In this document: piece by piece, positions 35,427-44,355 of the stretch | How the letters are laid out: each line of letters starts with the position of its first letter | Numbering within the stretch: position 1 is the first letter of the stretch | Virus record (IMG/VR): IMGVR_UViG_3300045049_000125 | Coordinates: 9,840 to 73,839 of that record | Source: a virus | Length of the DNA stretch: 64,000 bases | Strand: one strand, 5' to 3' | The notes under the pieces: generated by a model | What the model saw: only the letters and a program-made list of their open reading frames with translations | What the model was told of the DNA's origin: nothing | Database searches by the model: none | Made by a program: the position numbers and the translations under genes

Positions 35427-35653
35427 TACTTCTTACCCTCCTTTTTCCACTGTTCAACGAATTCCGTGACGAATTCGATGGAGAGCAGCGCGAGGAACAC
35501 CGCTGTCAGGATCACCGACGCGAAGAACACGCCCTTGATGACGAGCCATGCCGTCCAGATGAGAAGGCACACTACCGGAAGGATGACTGCGCAAAGTAGT
35601 GTGGACCATACAGCATGCTTGAGCGATTTGAAAACGCGATTGCCAAAGCTCAT
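35426..35653 (-). CDS. Two-TM membrane protein
   Basis: Two long hydrophobic segments. Confidence 0.6.
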   Translation of the reverse strand: MSFGNRVFKSLKHAVWSTLLCAVILPVVCLLIWTAWLVIKGVFFASVILTAVFLALLSIEFVTEFVEQWKKEGKK

Positions 35654-35654
35654 A

Positions 35655-37763
35655 TTAGCTCCAAAAAGAGTCAGAAACGATGTGGTCATCTTTCGTCATC
35701 GGCGCTGGACTTAGACCCTCTTCGGTCCAGCGCAGGGAATCACCAGTTATTCGCTTGATGACTCCAATGTCTTTCAAAATCTCGTTGGCTCGATAGACGT
35801 ACTCGTCGTAATTGATGTCATCAGGCATGCTGCCATCCGTGTCCATCAGAGGAATCGCCGCGTCCGACGAGGGGACGCGCTTCCCTGATTGAGCGTACAG
35901 CAAGCAATCGTCATAGTTTCGACCGTAGTAGTAACGCACTACCTTGCCGAGATACAAACGGAATGGATCGTCTATCTGTCGGTCCGTTCCCCATACCGCT
36001 CCGCCAGACACGTTGCGCACGGTAACAAAGTCATACACGTTAGTACAAGATCGAATCGTTTCCTCAATCGGTATACCTTCCGTCAAGAACTTCTCCACCG
36101 CATTCGCGCACACGTTGGCGCCCGGCGTGGTGCTTAGACCCTCCTTGGCATACAGACCCTTGCGCTTGGCCTCCTTCTTGCCGTCCTTGCCCTTCTTGAT
36201 GGCGAAATAGGAATTGACGTTTGCGCTGTGAATCGATTCGTATGACGTGTATTCCATTTCAAACTGGCACGTCTTCTGCCACCACGCGAGAATCTTATCG
36301 CGCAGCTCGGCTTGATCGTGACGAGCCTTGATGACGATACCGTCCGTGTTGGCCGAGATGACTTGGATGCCCACGGATTCCAGCGCATCAATAAGCATCA
36401 GCAATGAAAGCTGTCCGCTCAAGGTCACCTGGATTACAAACTGTGGCGAGTACAGAATAGAATACTTGCTACCAAACTTGCCGAACGATGAGTTAATAAC
36501 GATCTTGAGACTGTCGGCCACGACTTTGTTGCCCGTGGTCTTAGCCTCAAGGCGCGAACGCACAATCTCGTCATAGACTATGAGGAAGTCTGGACCCAAA
36601 TGCTCCGGGTATAGCTTCTGGTTTAGAATGATACGTGGATAGAACGACGCCACATCAGCGTCAACCAACGTGTATACATCATCCGCGTAGTGGCTTACTT
36701 CCTTTTCCGTCGAGTGAATGCCCCCGATGCCCAGGCGATAGACGCTGTTGCCAAGTCGGATATCCATCCCCGAAAGCGACTCGGGCAGGTCGATGTGTCC
36801 GCTTTCTCCGACGACGAAGCGCGAAGAACGCACGACTTCGAGCACAGAACGCATTGTTTCTGAACGATAGGACAGATACGACGGTACGTTATAGGCATAC
36901 GCAGTTCCGGGATCGATTTGCGGAGGTGTGGGCGAATAACCGGCCTGCCGCTCGAACATGGTTTTGATGACCTGTTCCGCAATCTGCGCGTCCGACTTGC
37001 TCAGCAGATTGATGCCGTATTGATTCGACATCGCAATGCGCAGGTCGATTTCACCCTTGAGTTTGTTCGCCAGTTCTTCTGTCAAGCGCAAGTCATTGCA
37101 CATGTAGTAGCGAACAATGGCTTTCTGTTCAAAACTCAAACGAGTTTCCGGAGGAAACGGAAGGTCTTGCATACGCTGCGTATGCATGCGGCCGCCATAG
37201 ATTTTAAGGCTATGAAATCCCGGCACGATTTCCTGCAAGTCAATTTGATCTTCCACACGCAGACGCGGACAACGTGCGCCTTTAAGGATGAGGGACGGGG
37301 CAACCTTTCCGACAATCATGTCGTCTGACGCCTTCTTGAGCGTGGCGTTATCCGCGCCGTTCAGAGCAAGCGCTAGCATGGTCAAGTCATACTTGTCGGA
37401 ATTAAATCCAATAATTGGAAAACGGTTTAGAATCCACGTTAGCTTAGAGATGTCGAGCGATAGCCCATTCTCGGGGTCAAGCTCCATCCAATCCACCTCG
37501 CCAGTGCGGCGATTGCGGAAGCCCACAGCGAAATAGTTGGGATAACACTCCGTATCCATCGACAGCCAATCACCAGCGGCCAGTGCTTCGCGCCAGGACT
37601 TCGGAGTCATTCGGGTGAGTCCTTCCATGCGCGTGGCCTTATCAAGACCGGGGAGGAAGGTGGGGGCCAGCCAGAACGGTTTGGGTTTGACTTTTTTTGG
37701 CTTCACAGCCATTCGTGGCTCGGACCAAAACAGTCCGATCGCATCATGTCGTTCTTTCGCCAT
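35655..37763 (-). CDS. Family B DNA polymerase with proofreading domain
   Basis: DTECY (ExoI), FNS.KYD, DVASFYP, KIVINSSFGK, NTDGI. Confidence 0.93.
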   Translation of the reverse strand: MAKERHDAIGLFWSEPRMAVKPKKVKPKPFWLAPTFLPGLDKATRMEGLTRMTPKSWREALAAGDWLSMDTECYPNYFAVGFRNRRTGEVDWMELDPENGLSLDISKLTWILNRFPIIGFNSDKYDLTMLALALNGADNATLKKASDDMIVGKVAPSLILKGARCPRLRVEDQIDLQEIVPGFHSLKIYGGRMHTQRMQDLPFPPETRLSFEQKAIVRYYMCNDLRLTEELANKLKGEIDLRIAMSNQYGINLLSKSDAQIAEQVIKTMFERQAGYSPTPPQIDPGTAYAYNVPSYLSYRSETMRSVLEVVRSSRFVVGESGHIDLPESLSGMDIRLGNSVYRLGIGGIHSTEKEVSHYADDVYTLVDADVASFYPRIILNQKLYPEHLGPDFLIVYDEIVRSRLEAKTTGNKVVADSLKIVINSSFGKFGSKYSILYSPQFVIQVTLSGQLSLLMLIDALESVGIQVISANTDGIVIKARHDQAELRDKILAWWQKTCQFEMEYTSYESIHSANVNSYFAIKKGKDGKKEAKRKGLYAKEGLSTTPGANVCANAVEKFLTEGIPIEETIRSCTNVYDFVTVRNVSGGAVWGTDRQIDDPFRLYLGKVVRYYYGRNYDDCLLYAQSGKRVPSSDAAIPLMDTDGSMPDDINYDEYVYRANEILKDIGVIKRITGDSLRWTEEGLSPAPMTKDDHIVSDSFWS

Positions 37764-37841
37764 TTTATATTCCTGAGGGTTAGGTGTTTACGCACACTCC
37801 GCGCCCGGCGCTATCCCCCGCCGGGTGGGTCGAGCAATGTA

Positions 37842-38123
37842 TTACTTCTTCTTGCGAGCGTCCATTTCGGCAATGAGCGCTGCCATTTCAGCGCGCTCGC
37901 GTTCGATCTTAGCCTTATGCGCAAGACCTCCGGCCATTCCATTTCTGCTGGGCGGGGCGAACAGCTCCTTCATGGTGATACCTGGGCGCGCATTCAGGCG
38001 TTTCCATAACGCACTTCTGGAACCGGTGTAGCCTTTCGATTGTCCATATTTGAAGAGATGTTGAAGAGAATTGAAGTACATTCCTTCAACGTGATAGCGA
38101 GTGTTAAGAACAAGCCCCGGCAT
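37842..38123 (-). CDS. Hypothetical DNA-binding protein
   Basis: Basic ORF between clamp-like gene and PolB. Confidence 0.55.
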   Translation of the reverse strand: MPGLVLNTRYHVEGMYFNSLQHLFKYGQSKGYTGSRSALWKRLNARPGITMKELFAPPSRNGMAGGLAHKAKIERERAEMAALIAEMDARKKK

Positions 38124-38125
38124 CG

Positions 38126-39100
38126 TCACAAACCTCGAATCGGAGTAATCAAACCACGAATGCGCACACCGTCTTTCATGCCTTGGAAATAGCCCGGCTT
38201 GGGGTATTCGTTGAAATCGATGCGCGTGGCAACCGGACGCACAAGCTTGAGCATGTCGATATTAAACGCGCAGTCGGGAAGATCGCCCACCGCGTAGCTC
38301 GCGCCTGTGTCGCTGCCAAGATGTGTCGATGCGATGCCGCCCTTGATGAAGATGCGTTTCAGGTCATCCACGAAGGGTGACAGCGCGTCGAGACTTGCCC
38401 ACAGCGCGCCCGGCACGCTCTGCAACGTGAGCGGTCGCTTTTTGAACATCTCCGGGATGCCCTCGGGAAAGCCCTGCTCGCGCAATTGTGTGCGCAGCCA
38501 GCGCTGGCCCTCGTAATGGAACGTTACGGACCGCGTGGAGAGCTGGACATGGGTAGGGTGCTCACCGATGCGCAACAACTCCTTGACGGCCACGGATGGC
38601 ACATTGGCGGGTGTGGGGAATACCGTCCCGGCTTTGGCCTCCACCAATATCACGTTGTTCGATGAGAACACCGATTCGCCTTTAAAATAGACGCCATTGT
38701 TCCATGCGTGGTTACTGTCGGTGCCCATGAAGGGCGCCATGATCTTTAGCGTTTCAATCAACGCTTTGCCATCGATGGGCGTAGCAATGCCTTCGGGCTC
38801 TGGATTTGGGATCGGCGTGTTGTAGCAATTCACAAACACCTTGTACGCGCCCGAGCGGACGCGCAGCTTGCCGGCCGGCGTCACGGTCAGCTCCACACCC
38901 TCATCTTTGCATAGGCCCACCGCCTTGGTTAGCTGCGCAGCGTCGGGCTGTACATCCAAGGCGGTGGGAATCGGGCAGGACATCGCGACAACGCCATTGA
39001 ACGCTTTCACGCGGCCATTCTTGATGATGAAGTGAGACAAGGCGCTATCGAACTTCGCCTTGCCCAGCGATCCGCTTACAAATTTCAATTCCTTGAGCAT
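38126..39100 (-). CDS. Sliding-clamp (DnaN beta)-like protein
   Basis: About 324 aa next to PolB; MLKELKFV.G, AFNG, NGVYF..SSNN, F.G...RGLI. Confidence 0.7.
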   Translation of the reverse strand: MLKELKFVSGSLGKAKFDSALSHFIIKNGRVKAFNGVVAMSCPIPTALDVQPDAAQLTKAVGLCKDEGVELTVTPAGKLRVRSGAYKVFVNCYNTPIPNPEPEGIATPIDGKALIETLKIMAPFMGTDSNHAWNNGVYFKGESVFSSNNVILVEAKAGTVFPTPANVPSVAVKELLRIGEHPTHVQLSTRSVTFHYEGQRWLRTQLREQGFPEGIPEMFKKRPLTLQSVPGALWASLDALSPFVDDLKRIFIKGGIASTHLGSDTGASYAVGDLPDCAFNIDMLKLVRPVATRIDFNEYPKPGYFQGMKDGVRIRGLITPIRGL

Positions 39101-39104
39101 GACT

Positions 39105-39515
39105 TTAGTCCGGCATAACGAAGCGAGTGATGCCCTTGTCATATTCTTTAATCCGGGTACATGACGGAGCTTCACCCAGCCATCGCCATTCCGTTTTTGT
39201 ATGGTTTCGCACTGCAACCCGTTCGCAACTTTCCCATGGGAGTAGACCGAAGAACCAACGTACTCGCGTGATGGTTTCCTCAAACCAATAGCTCACCGTA
39301 GGGCGTGCAACAATGGCCTCGGGTTCGGCACCGCATCGCGGACAGCACTTCCAATCGGCACTTGAATCGCTTGCCCAGGGCGAAGCGTTGATGAATGCCC
39401 AAAAAGGGGAGCAGTTCATGAGCGCACAATCCGGACACATTTGGGTTACTTTCCAATCTCCCGTCGCGGTGGTTCGATTTTTGATCGTCGTTGTGATACC
39501 TGTCTCTTTCGCCAT
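39105..39515 (-). CDS. Zn-finger hypothetical protein
   Basis: CPDC...CPRCG. Confidence 0.6.
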   Translation of the reverse strand: MAKETGITTTIKNRTTATGDWKVTQMCPDCALMNCSPFWAFINASPWASDSSADWKCCPRCGAEPEAIVARPTVSYWFEETITRVRWFFGLLPWESCERVAVRNHTKTEWRWLGEAPSCTRIKEYDKGITRFVMPD

Positions 39516-39561
39516 TGCAAAATCCTCTTTTGGGAGCGTGTACCGTATAGCAGTGTACAGC

Positions 39562-39592
39562 AAAAAGAAAGCCCCTCCGGAGAGGGGCTTTC
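39562..39592 (-). terminator. Intrinsic terminator
   Basis: GAAAGCCCCT/AGGGGCTTTC stem plus U-tract. Confidence 0.8.
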
Positions 39593-39616
39593 GATGTCAC
39601 CGCGCAGGGGTGAGAA

Positions 39617-40486
39617 TTACACGGCGGACTCAGCGGAAGCGGCAGCTTCCACGGGGTACACCTTACGTTCCCGCACCTTAATGCCATGGAAACGTCGATA
39701 GTTGTAATAAGCCGTCGTCTGCGTCAGCGGCGTGCCGTGATCGGCCAGTCCGCGAATGCGTTCCGCGTACTCATCAAACGTTGGCATGCGGCCAAGCGCT
39801 TCCTTTTCCTTCTCGATGATCGACCACAGATGATTCAGTAGCGAACCCGGCTTCGGTTTGTAGACGCCGTTCTGCTTTTCGGCCTGACGCTGGGCCGCGT
39901 TGGCTTCCCGACGTGCAGCATTCGAGGCGCGTTCAGCGGCGGCAGCTTCCGCCTTTGCCTTACGCTCGGCCTTCCGCTTCGCCTTCGCCTCTTCTTCGGC
40001 TTGACGCTTCGCGCGACCTTCGGCCAGCTTGGCATCGCGCTTGGCCTTGATTTCGGCCTTCTCAGCAGCTCGCGCGGCGCGTGCGGCCTGATTGCGTTCC
40101 TTGGCTTCGCGCTTCTCACGCTGACGGGCCGTCTCCGGCTTGGCTGGCTTCGTGGTCTCCGGCTCCGCGCTTACGCTGCCATCCGTGGTATCGCTGGATT
40201 CGGTAACGTCGTCATTGCTCACGATTTCGGCGTCGGCCAGGGACACGGTTTCAAAGGTTTCAACGCGAACATCAGGGGATTGGGTATTTTCTTCGTTCAT
40301 AGGTGCCTCGGTAGTTTTTCGGATGCTTTCTTGTCCCCGGGCGTCGTTCTCCGGCTGTAGGTCTGCGAGGTAATGGGCCGACTCTTCGTCAAAAGTCCAT
40401 CCAAGCTCAGCATCGAACGTCACCAAGTCATCGTTTCCTCGCACAATTTTGCGCAAGGCTCGTACGGCCTGAATCTTAGTTTGCAT
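39617..40486 (-). CDS. Ala/Lys/Arg-rich putative DNA-binding protein
   Basis: Low-complexity basic helix followed by globular QNGV.KP...W...YRRFHG domain. Confidence 0.65.
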   Translation of the reverse strand: MQTKIQAVRALRKIVRGNDDLVTFDAELGWTFDEESAHYLADLQPENDARGQESIRKTTEAPMNEENTQSPDVRVETFETVSLADAEIVSNDDVTESSDTTDGSVSAEPETTKPAKPETARQREKREAKERNQAARAARAAEKAEIKAKRDAKLAEGRAKRQAEEEAKAKRKAERKAKAEAAAAERASNAARREANAAQRQAEKQNGVYKPKPGSLLNHLWSIIEKEKEALGRMPTFDEYAERIRGLADHGTPLTQTTAYYNYRRFHGIKVRERKVYPVEAAASAESAV

Positions 40487-40581
40487 GATTGCCTCGGGAA
40501 GATTAGATATTACGGAAGTGAAAACGTTAAGTAAAGCATTGTGAAACGAAAACGGGACGTGTAGATACACGCCCCGTTAGA

Positions 40582-40824
40582 TCATTTCGTGCTAGGCGCG
40601 ATGACAGGCGTTGCTTTGCAAGCCTGTTCAATTCCGGGAGGATTCCAGCACTGGAATTTATAACCTGTGCACAGTTGCTTTAGCTGCGCGTCGCTGGTTG
40701 CCTGTGTCAGTGAATCCCCCTCGTGAGGCAAGACGGGCTCCCAGCCGGTGCAGTGATCGATAACGGTGACGGTTTCGCAGCCACCAATACACATCAGAGC
40801 CGCGATTAGAAACACGTATTTCAT
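40582..40824 (-). CDS. o-spanin-like lipoprotein
   Basis: Lipobox IGGC; Cys/Pro-rich; ATGA-coupled to TM gene. Confidence 0.65.
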   Translation of the reverse strand: MKYVFLIAALMCIGGCETVTVIDHCTGWEPVLPHEGDSLTQATSDAQLKQLCTGYKFQCWNPPGIEQACKATPVIAPSTK

Positions 40825-41183
40825 TTTCGCGCCTGTACCAGAATGTTCAGTCGGCCCGCTGAACTGTCGGGGTTGGCTTGGTCGAGACGGACGGCGCCCG
40901 GGAGGTTTTCCGGCGTGGCGGTTCTCTCACCCAATCGCGATGCCTCGGGCTTGATGTCGATCACCGAGATATTCGGCGGTCGCGCCTGAATCATGCTGTT
41001 TACGTCGCCGGTCACATTGATGACCTCCCGCAAATCCTTCGATTCGGCGTCCTTCGTGGCCTGTTCGGCCTTTTGCTTGCCCTTGGTATATGCCTCCCAC
41101 AAGGCCACTGCCAAGGCCAGCAAAGCAGCCAGCGCAAGGGCAATTTTCGCCTTAGCGCCGGCCAGTGTTGTGGCTATGCTCAT
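40821..41183 (-). CDS. i-spanin-like protein
   Basis: N-terminal TM then helical periplasmic region. Confidence 0.6.
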   Translation of the reverse strand: MSIATTLAGAKAKIALALAALLALAVALWEAYTKGKQKAEQATKDAESKDLREVINVTGDVNSMIQARPPNISVIDIKPEASRLGERTATPENLPGAVRLDQANPDSSAGRLNILVQARK

Positions 41184-41234
41184 TTGAGATTCCCTCACGC
41201 GCCGGGATGGCGCGCGGGGAGTGTACATCACTTC

Positions 41235-41738
41235 TCAGGCCGTACACAGCGGCGGGCACAGGTCGCCCGGGTCTTGATGCTTGGCGCCGCTCGGGGCCAT
41301 GCGGAGCGTTCCGTTCGTGTGGTAGTAGCCGATGGAGCTGACCCATTCCCCCGTGTCCCACAGGCCAACGGTCACGCCATCAGCGGTCACGCGGAACACG
41401 CTGTAGTTAAGTCCCTTGGCCGTGAGACCCATGTCACCGACCTTGTACACGTGCGGCTTCTCATAGGGAGGGATGAAATACATCACCGCCCAGTCATCCA
41501 TCGTCTCTTCGACCGTTCTAATGCGGTCCCAATCCCATCCCCGTGGCATATACGGGCCAAGGACACCCGCTTCGCTACGGTTGAAAAACGCCATTTCAAC
41601 TTCGCTTTCCCGCACATCGGCGTTGAAACCGCCGTCCCATACACTTGAGACTATGATGACGCGCCCATTCTTGAGAAATGCTGCCGCACCTACCGTGGGC
41701 TTATCTGAGAACGAGGGAACCTTGTCGTGCGGAGTCAT
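41235..41738 (-). CDS. Hypothetical protein
   Basis: ATGA-coupled ORF. Confidence 0.55.
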   Translation of the reverse strand: MTPHDKVPSFSDKPTVGAAAFLKNGRVIIVSSVWDGGFNADVRESEVEMAFFNRSEAGVLGPYMPRGWDWDRIRTVEETMDDWAVMYFIPPYEKPHVYKVGDMGLTAKGLNYSVFRVTADGVTVGLWDTGEWVSSIGYYHTNGTLRMAPSGAKHQDPGDLCPPLCTA

Positions 41739-42112
41739 GCGGCCACACTCGCGCTTTCGCGCGCCATAGCGATAGCCTCGTCATACTTCGCGAGGACCAT
41801 TTCATGCGTCGTGGTGGGCGCGTCGTTGAAATCGGCGATGACCATATGGTCTTGCCATTTCCGTTCAACGATGCGGCTGTTGACGGCCTCCCACAGGCGG
41901 CACGCCGCTGCGCTGCGCTCTTCGATGTGTTCCTCGCCCGGGACAACGGCACGGATGGCGCCGAGCATGCAAAAGCACACTGCCTTTTCCGGACCTTCCT
42001 TGGGCGGCACGCGCTGTCCTTCTGCGTCACGCCAAAGCACGCCCTTGGTCCAGTTCTTCGGGTCCGCGATTTTCGCGCGGGCTTCTTCCAGAATTTGAAT
42101 TTCGGTTTTCAT
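41735..42112 (-). CDS. DUF6197-like protein, copy 2
   Basis: W.KG...D..G....FCMLGAI...FND. Confidence 0.65.
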   Translation of the reverse strand: MKTEIQILEEARAKIADPKNWTKGVLWRDAEGQRVPPKEGPEKAVCFCMLGAIRAVVPGEEHIEERSAAACRLWEAVNSRIVERKWQDHMVIADFNDAPTTTHEMVLAKYDEAIAMARESASVAA

Positions 42113-42480
42113 ACTTTCCCCGCGTTGGTGAATTCGAGATGTGCGATAACTTCGTCCAAAAGCGAAAGGACGGGCCGGACGTTGGATTGAAAATCGTTCC
42201 ACAAGGCAAGACCGGGAAATTTCTCCGGCGCGTACCGTTCGGCATAACGGCGCGTGAGCCAATCGGCAAGCAGCGCTTTGGCGCCGGCTGTGACTTCGAT
42301 AGGCTCGCCGGCCACCATCGCCTCGCGGTCAATGGCGCCAATGAGGCAGAACCGCAGCGCATCGGGGTGGTTCAACGCCACGTGGTTGCCGTAGGCGTCA
42401 GATGCGAAATAACCCCGATGCCACGCGCCGGGCAACGACAGCGTGAACCTCGCGCCCTTGAGGATGTCGAGGGCATCCAT
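42109..42480 (-). CDS. DUF6197-like protein, copy 1
   Basis: W.RG...D..G....FCLIGAI...WND. Confidence 0.65.
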   Translation of the reverse strand: MDALDILKGARFTLSLPGAWHRGYFASDAYGNHVALNHPDALRFCLIGAIDREAMVAGEPIEVTAGAKALLADWLTRRYAERYAPEKFPGLALWNDFQSNVRPVLSLLDEVIAHLEFTNAGKV

Positions 42481-42749
42481 TACAGCAGACCGGCCGCATC
42501 GTAGTTGTGTGAAGGGATGGCGTCCTTCACGCGCTTAGCAGCGGCTACGCTGATCTTGTCGAACAGCGTATTGACACGCGCCTCGCTCAGCGGACCTCCC
42601 GCGCTCTTGCGATGCACTTCAATGAGCCCGAGGGTGTGTTTTTTGTAGATCACGTATTCGCTGTAAGTACGTGATCCACGTTGGAGCCCATCAACACGGG
42701 CCATGGCGAAGTAGGGATTTTCACGAATAAACCCGGTCTTGCGTGCCAT
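42480..42749 (-). CDS. Hypothetical protein
   Basis: GAGG RBS, TAATG coupling. Confidence 0.55.
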   Translation of the reverse strand: MARKTGFIRENPYFAMARVDGLQRGSRTYSEYVIYKKHTLGLIEVHRKSAGGPLSEARVNTLFDKISVAAAKRVKDAIPSHNYDAAGLL

Positions 42750-42770
42750 TTTGAAACGTTCCTCGGTCTG

Positions 42771-42989
42771 TTAGGCGGCCTGAGCCAGATTGTGAAGGGA
42801 TTCCCACGACGATTCGCACAGGCGCTGCCACGAACCTTCACCAAAAATCATCTCGTAGGCGGTTTCCACCTGGATGCCACCCTCTTTGACCATCAGGGCG
42901 AGCGTGGTCATGATGACTTTCTGACGGTCGTCAGTCTTAAGCTCGGCGGCGACAGCGTTCAGGAGATTGCGAGCGGCGGGCGTGGTCAT
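42771..42989 (-). CDS. Small early protein
   Basis: TTGACA-17-TAATCT promoter plus CACACATTCGGA leader. Confidence 0.6.
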   Translation of the reverse strand: MTTPAARNLLNAVAAELKTDDRQKVIMTTLALMVKEGGIQVETAYEMIFGEGSWQRLCESSWESLHNLAQAA

Positions 42990-43056
42990 GATTGCGAATC
43001 CGAATGTGTGGTCGATGGGTGTAGATTACAGGCGCGTATTACGCCTGTCAACACTT

Positions 43057-43473
43057 TTAGACCGAAACTTTTACGTCCACATTCACGGACACTTTCGGAG
43101 CCTTCTTGGACGCCTCGTACTCCGCCCACAGGCGCTGTTCACTCGCACGCACCCATTGTTCGTAATGTGCGGCCTTCTCGGCTTCTCGCCGCTTTTGGTA
43201 TCCGGGATCGTTTTCACGAATCTCGCGGATTTGGTCCGAAATCAGGTCGTGGAGCAGACTAAGACCCTCCCGGCTAACCCCTCGGGCGTCCATCAAATAA
43301 CGATAGTCGAGGCTAATTTGGGCATCCCACAATGAAATGCGGTCATCTCCCGGATAGCGCAATCGGAATGCACGAATGGCGAATTTGACGGCCACACGAA
43401 TTTGGTCGATGGTTGTGCATGACGCAATGACCTCGCAAGCCTTGCGTTCGGCATCGTACTTGTTGGCGATCAT
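43057..43473 (-). CDS. Hypothetical protein
   Basis: ATGA-coupled ORF. Confidence 0.55.
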   Translation of the reverse strand: MIANKYDAERKACEVIASCTTIDQIRVAVKFAIRAFRLRYPGDDRISLWDAQISLDYRYLMDARGVSREGLSLLHDLISDQIREIRENDPGYQKRREAEKAAHYEQWVRASEQRLWAEYEASKKAPKVSVNVDVKVSV

Positions 43474-43937
43474 ACGTCGAACCCCAACGCTTTCAGACCG
43501 GAAATTCGCGCCTGATGCTCCGGAGAGCCATCCGCCTCGGGAATTACGTATTTGACCTTGCGGCCGTCATACGCATAGAACATCACATCAATCCCCAGGT
43601 AACCGGCGCCCGGTTCCCGGAAGGCGAGACGCAACGGGACAGTCATGCCCCGGCCATTGGGGCGCCACATCCACCACATGGGTTCGTCGTGGCCCTCCAT
43701 TCCCCAAGGACCGACGTACCAGCGTTCACCGCAGCACGGGCAATAGCTCGTATCGGTCAGTTCAAGGATGGATTCCATGCGCTCGCAAGCCGCTTCGGCG
43801 CTAGTCGCCTGAATCCACACTCGCGACGCAACATGGTCATCGGAGACATACCGTCCGCCGCTGTTGTTTTGGTCGAACTCGAACCATTGCAGGCGCACAA
43901 CCTGCTCATTGGGAGCGATCAAGATATTTTCGGACAT
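43470..43937 (-). CDS. Hypothetical phage protein (QNNSGG / CPCCG.RW type)
   Basis: FDQNNSGG, IQA.S..A, YCPCCGERW. Confidence 0.7.
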   Translation of the reverse strand: MSENILIAPNEQVVRLQWFEFDQNNSGGRYVSDDHVASRVWIQATSAEAACERMESILELTDTSYCPCCGERWYVGPWGMEGHDEPMWWMWRPNGRGMTVPLRLAFREPGAGYLGIDVMFYAYDGRKVKYVIPEADGSPEHQARISGLKALGFDV

Positions 43938-44355
43938 TTAAATTCCTAGGATGACGGAAAAAAATTTACCGGCCCGATTCGCTAGAGCGAATAGGCAGTC
44001 GAGTAAATCCGGATCATGATTCCGCCCGCGCGCTGGGCGACAACCATCAATCTCGGAGGCAGAAAGGCCATGGCGTTGTTCCTTGATTGTGTGAGTCCGG
44101 TTGATCCGCCTTGGGCTACCCGCGTAACGCGGACCTGTACGGTTGTACGGCACTGTTGGGTAAGTAGAGAGGTTGGGTAGGTGGGTAGGTTCACGGTTCA
44201 CGCCGAGACGGTGCGCCGGAACTGCCGGCGCCCAGCGTACAACGCTCCACTAACCTTGCTGCCTGAGGCGGTCACTCGGGGATTCGGTGGACGAGCTATA
44301 CGACGTTAGTAGATTAGTATTACTAACCTGAATCGATGCTGAACAAATCAAACTT

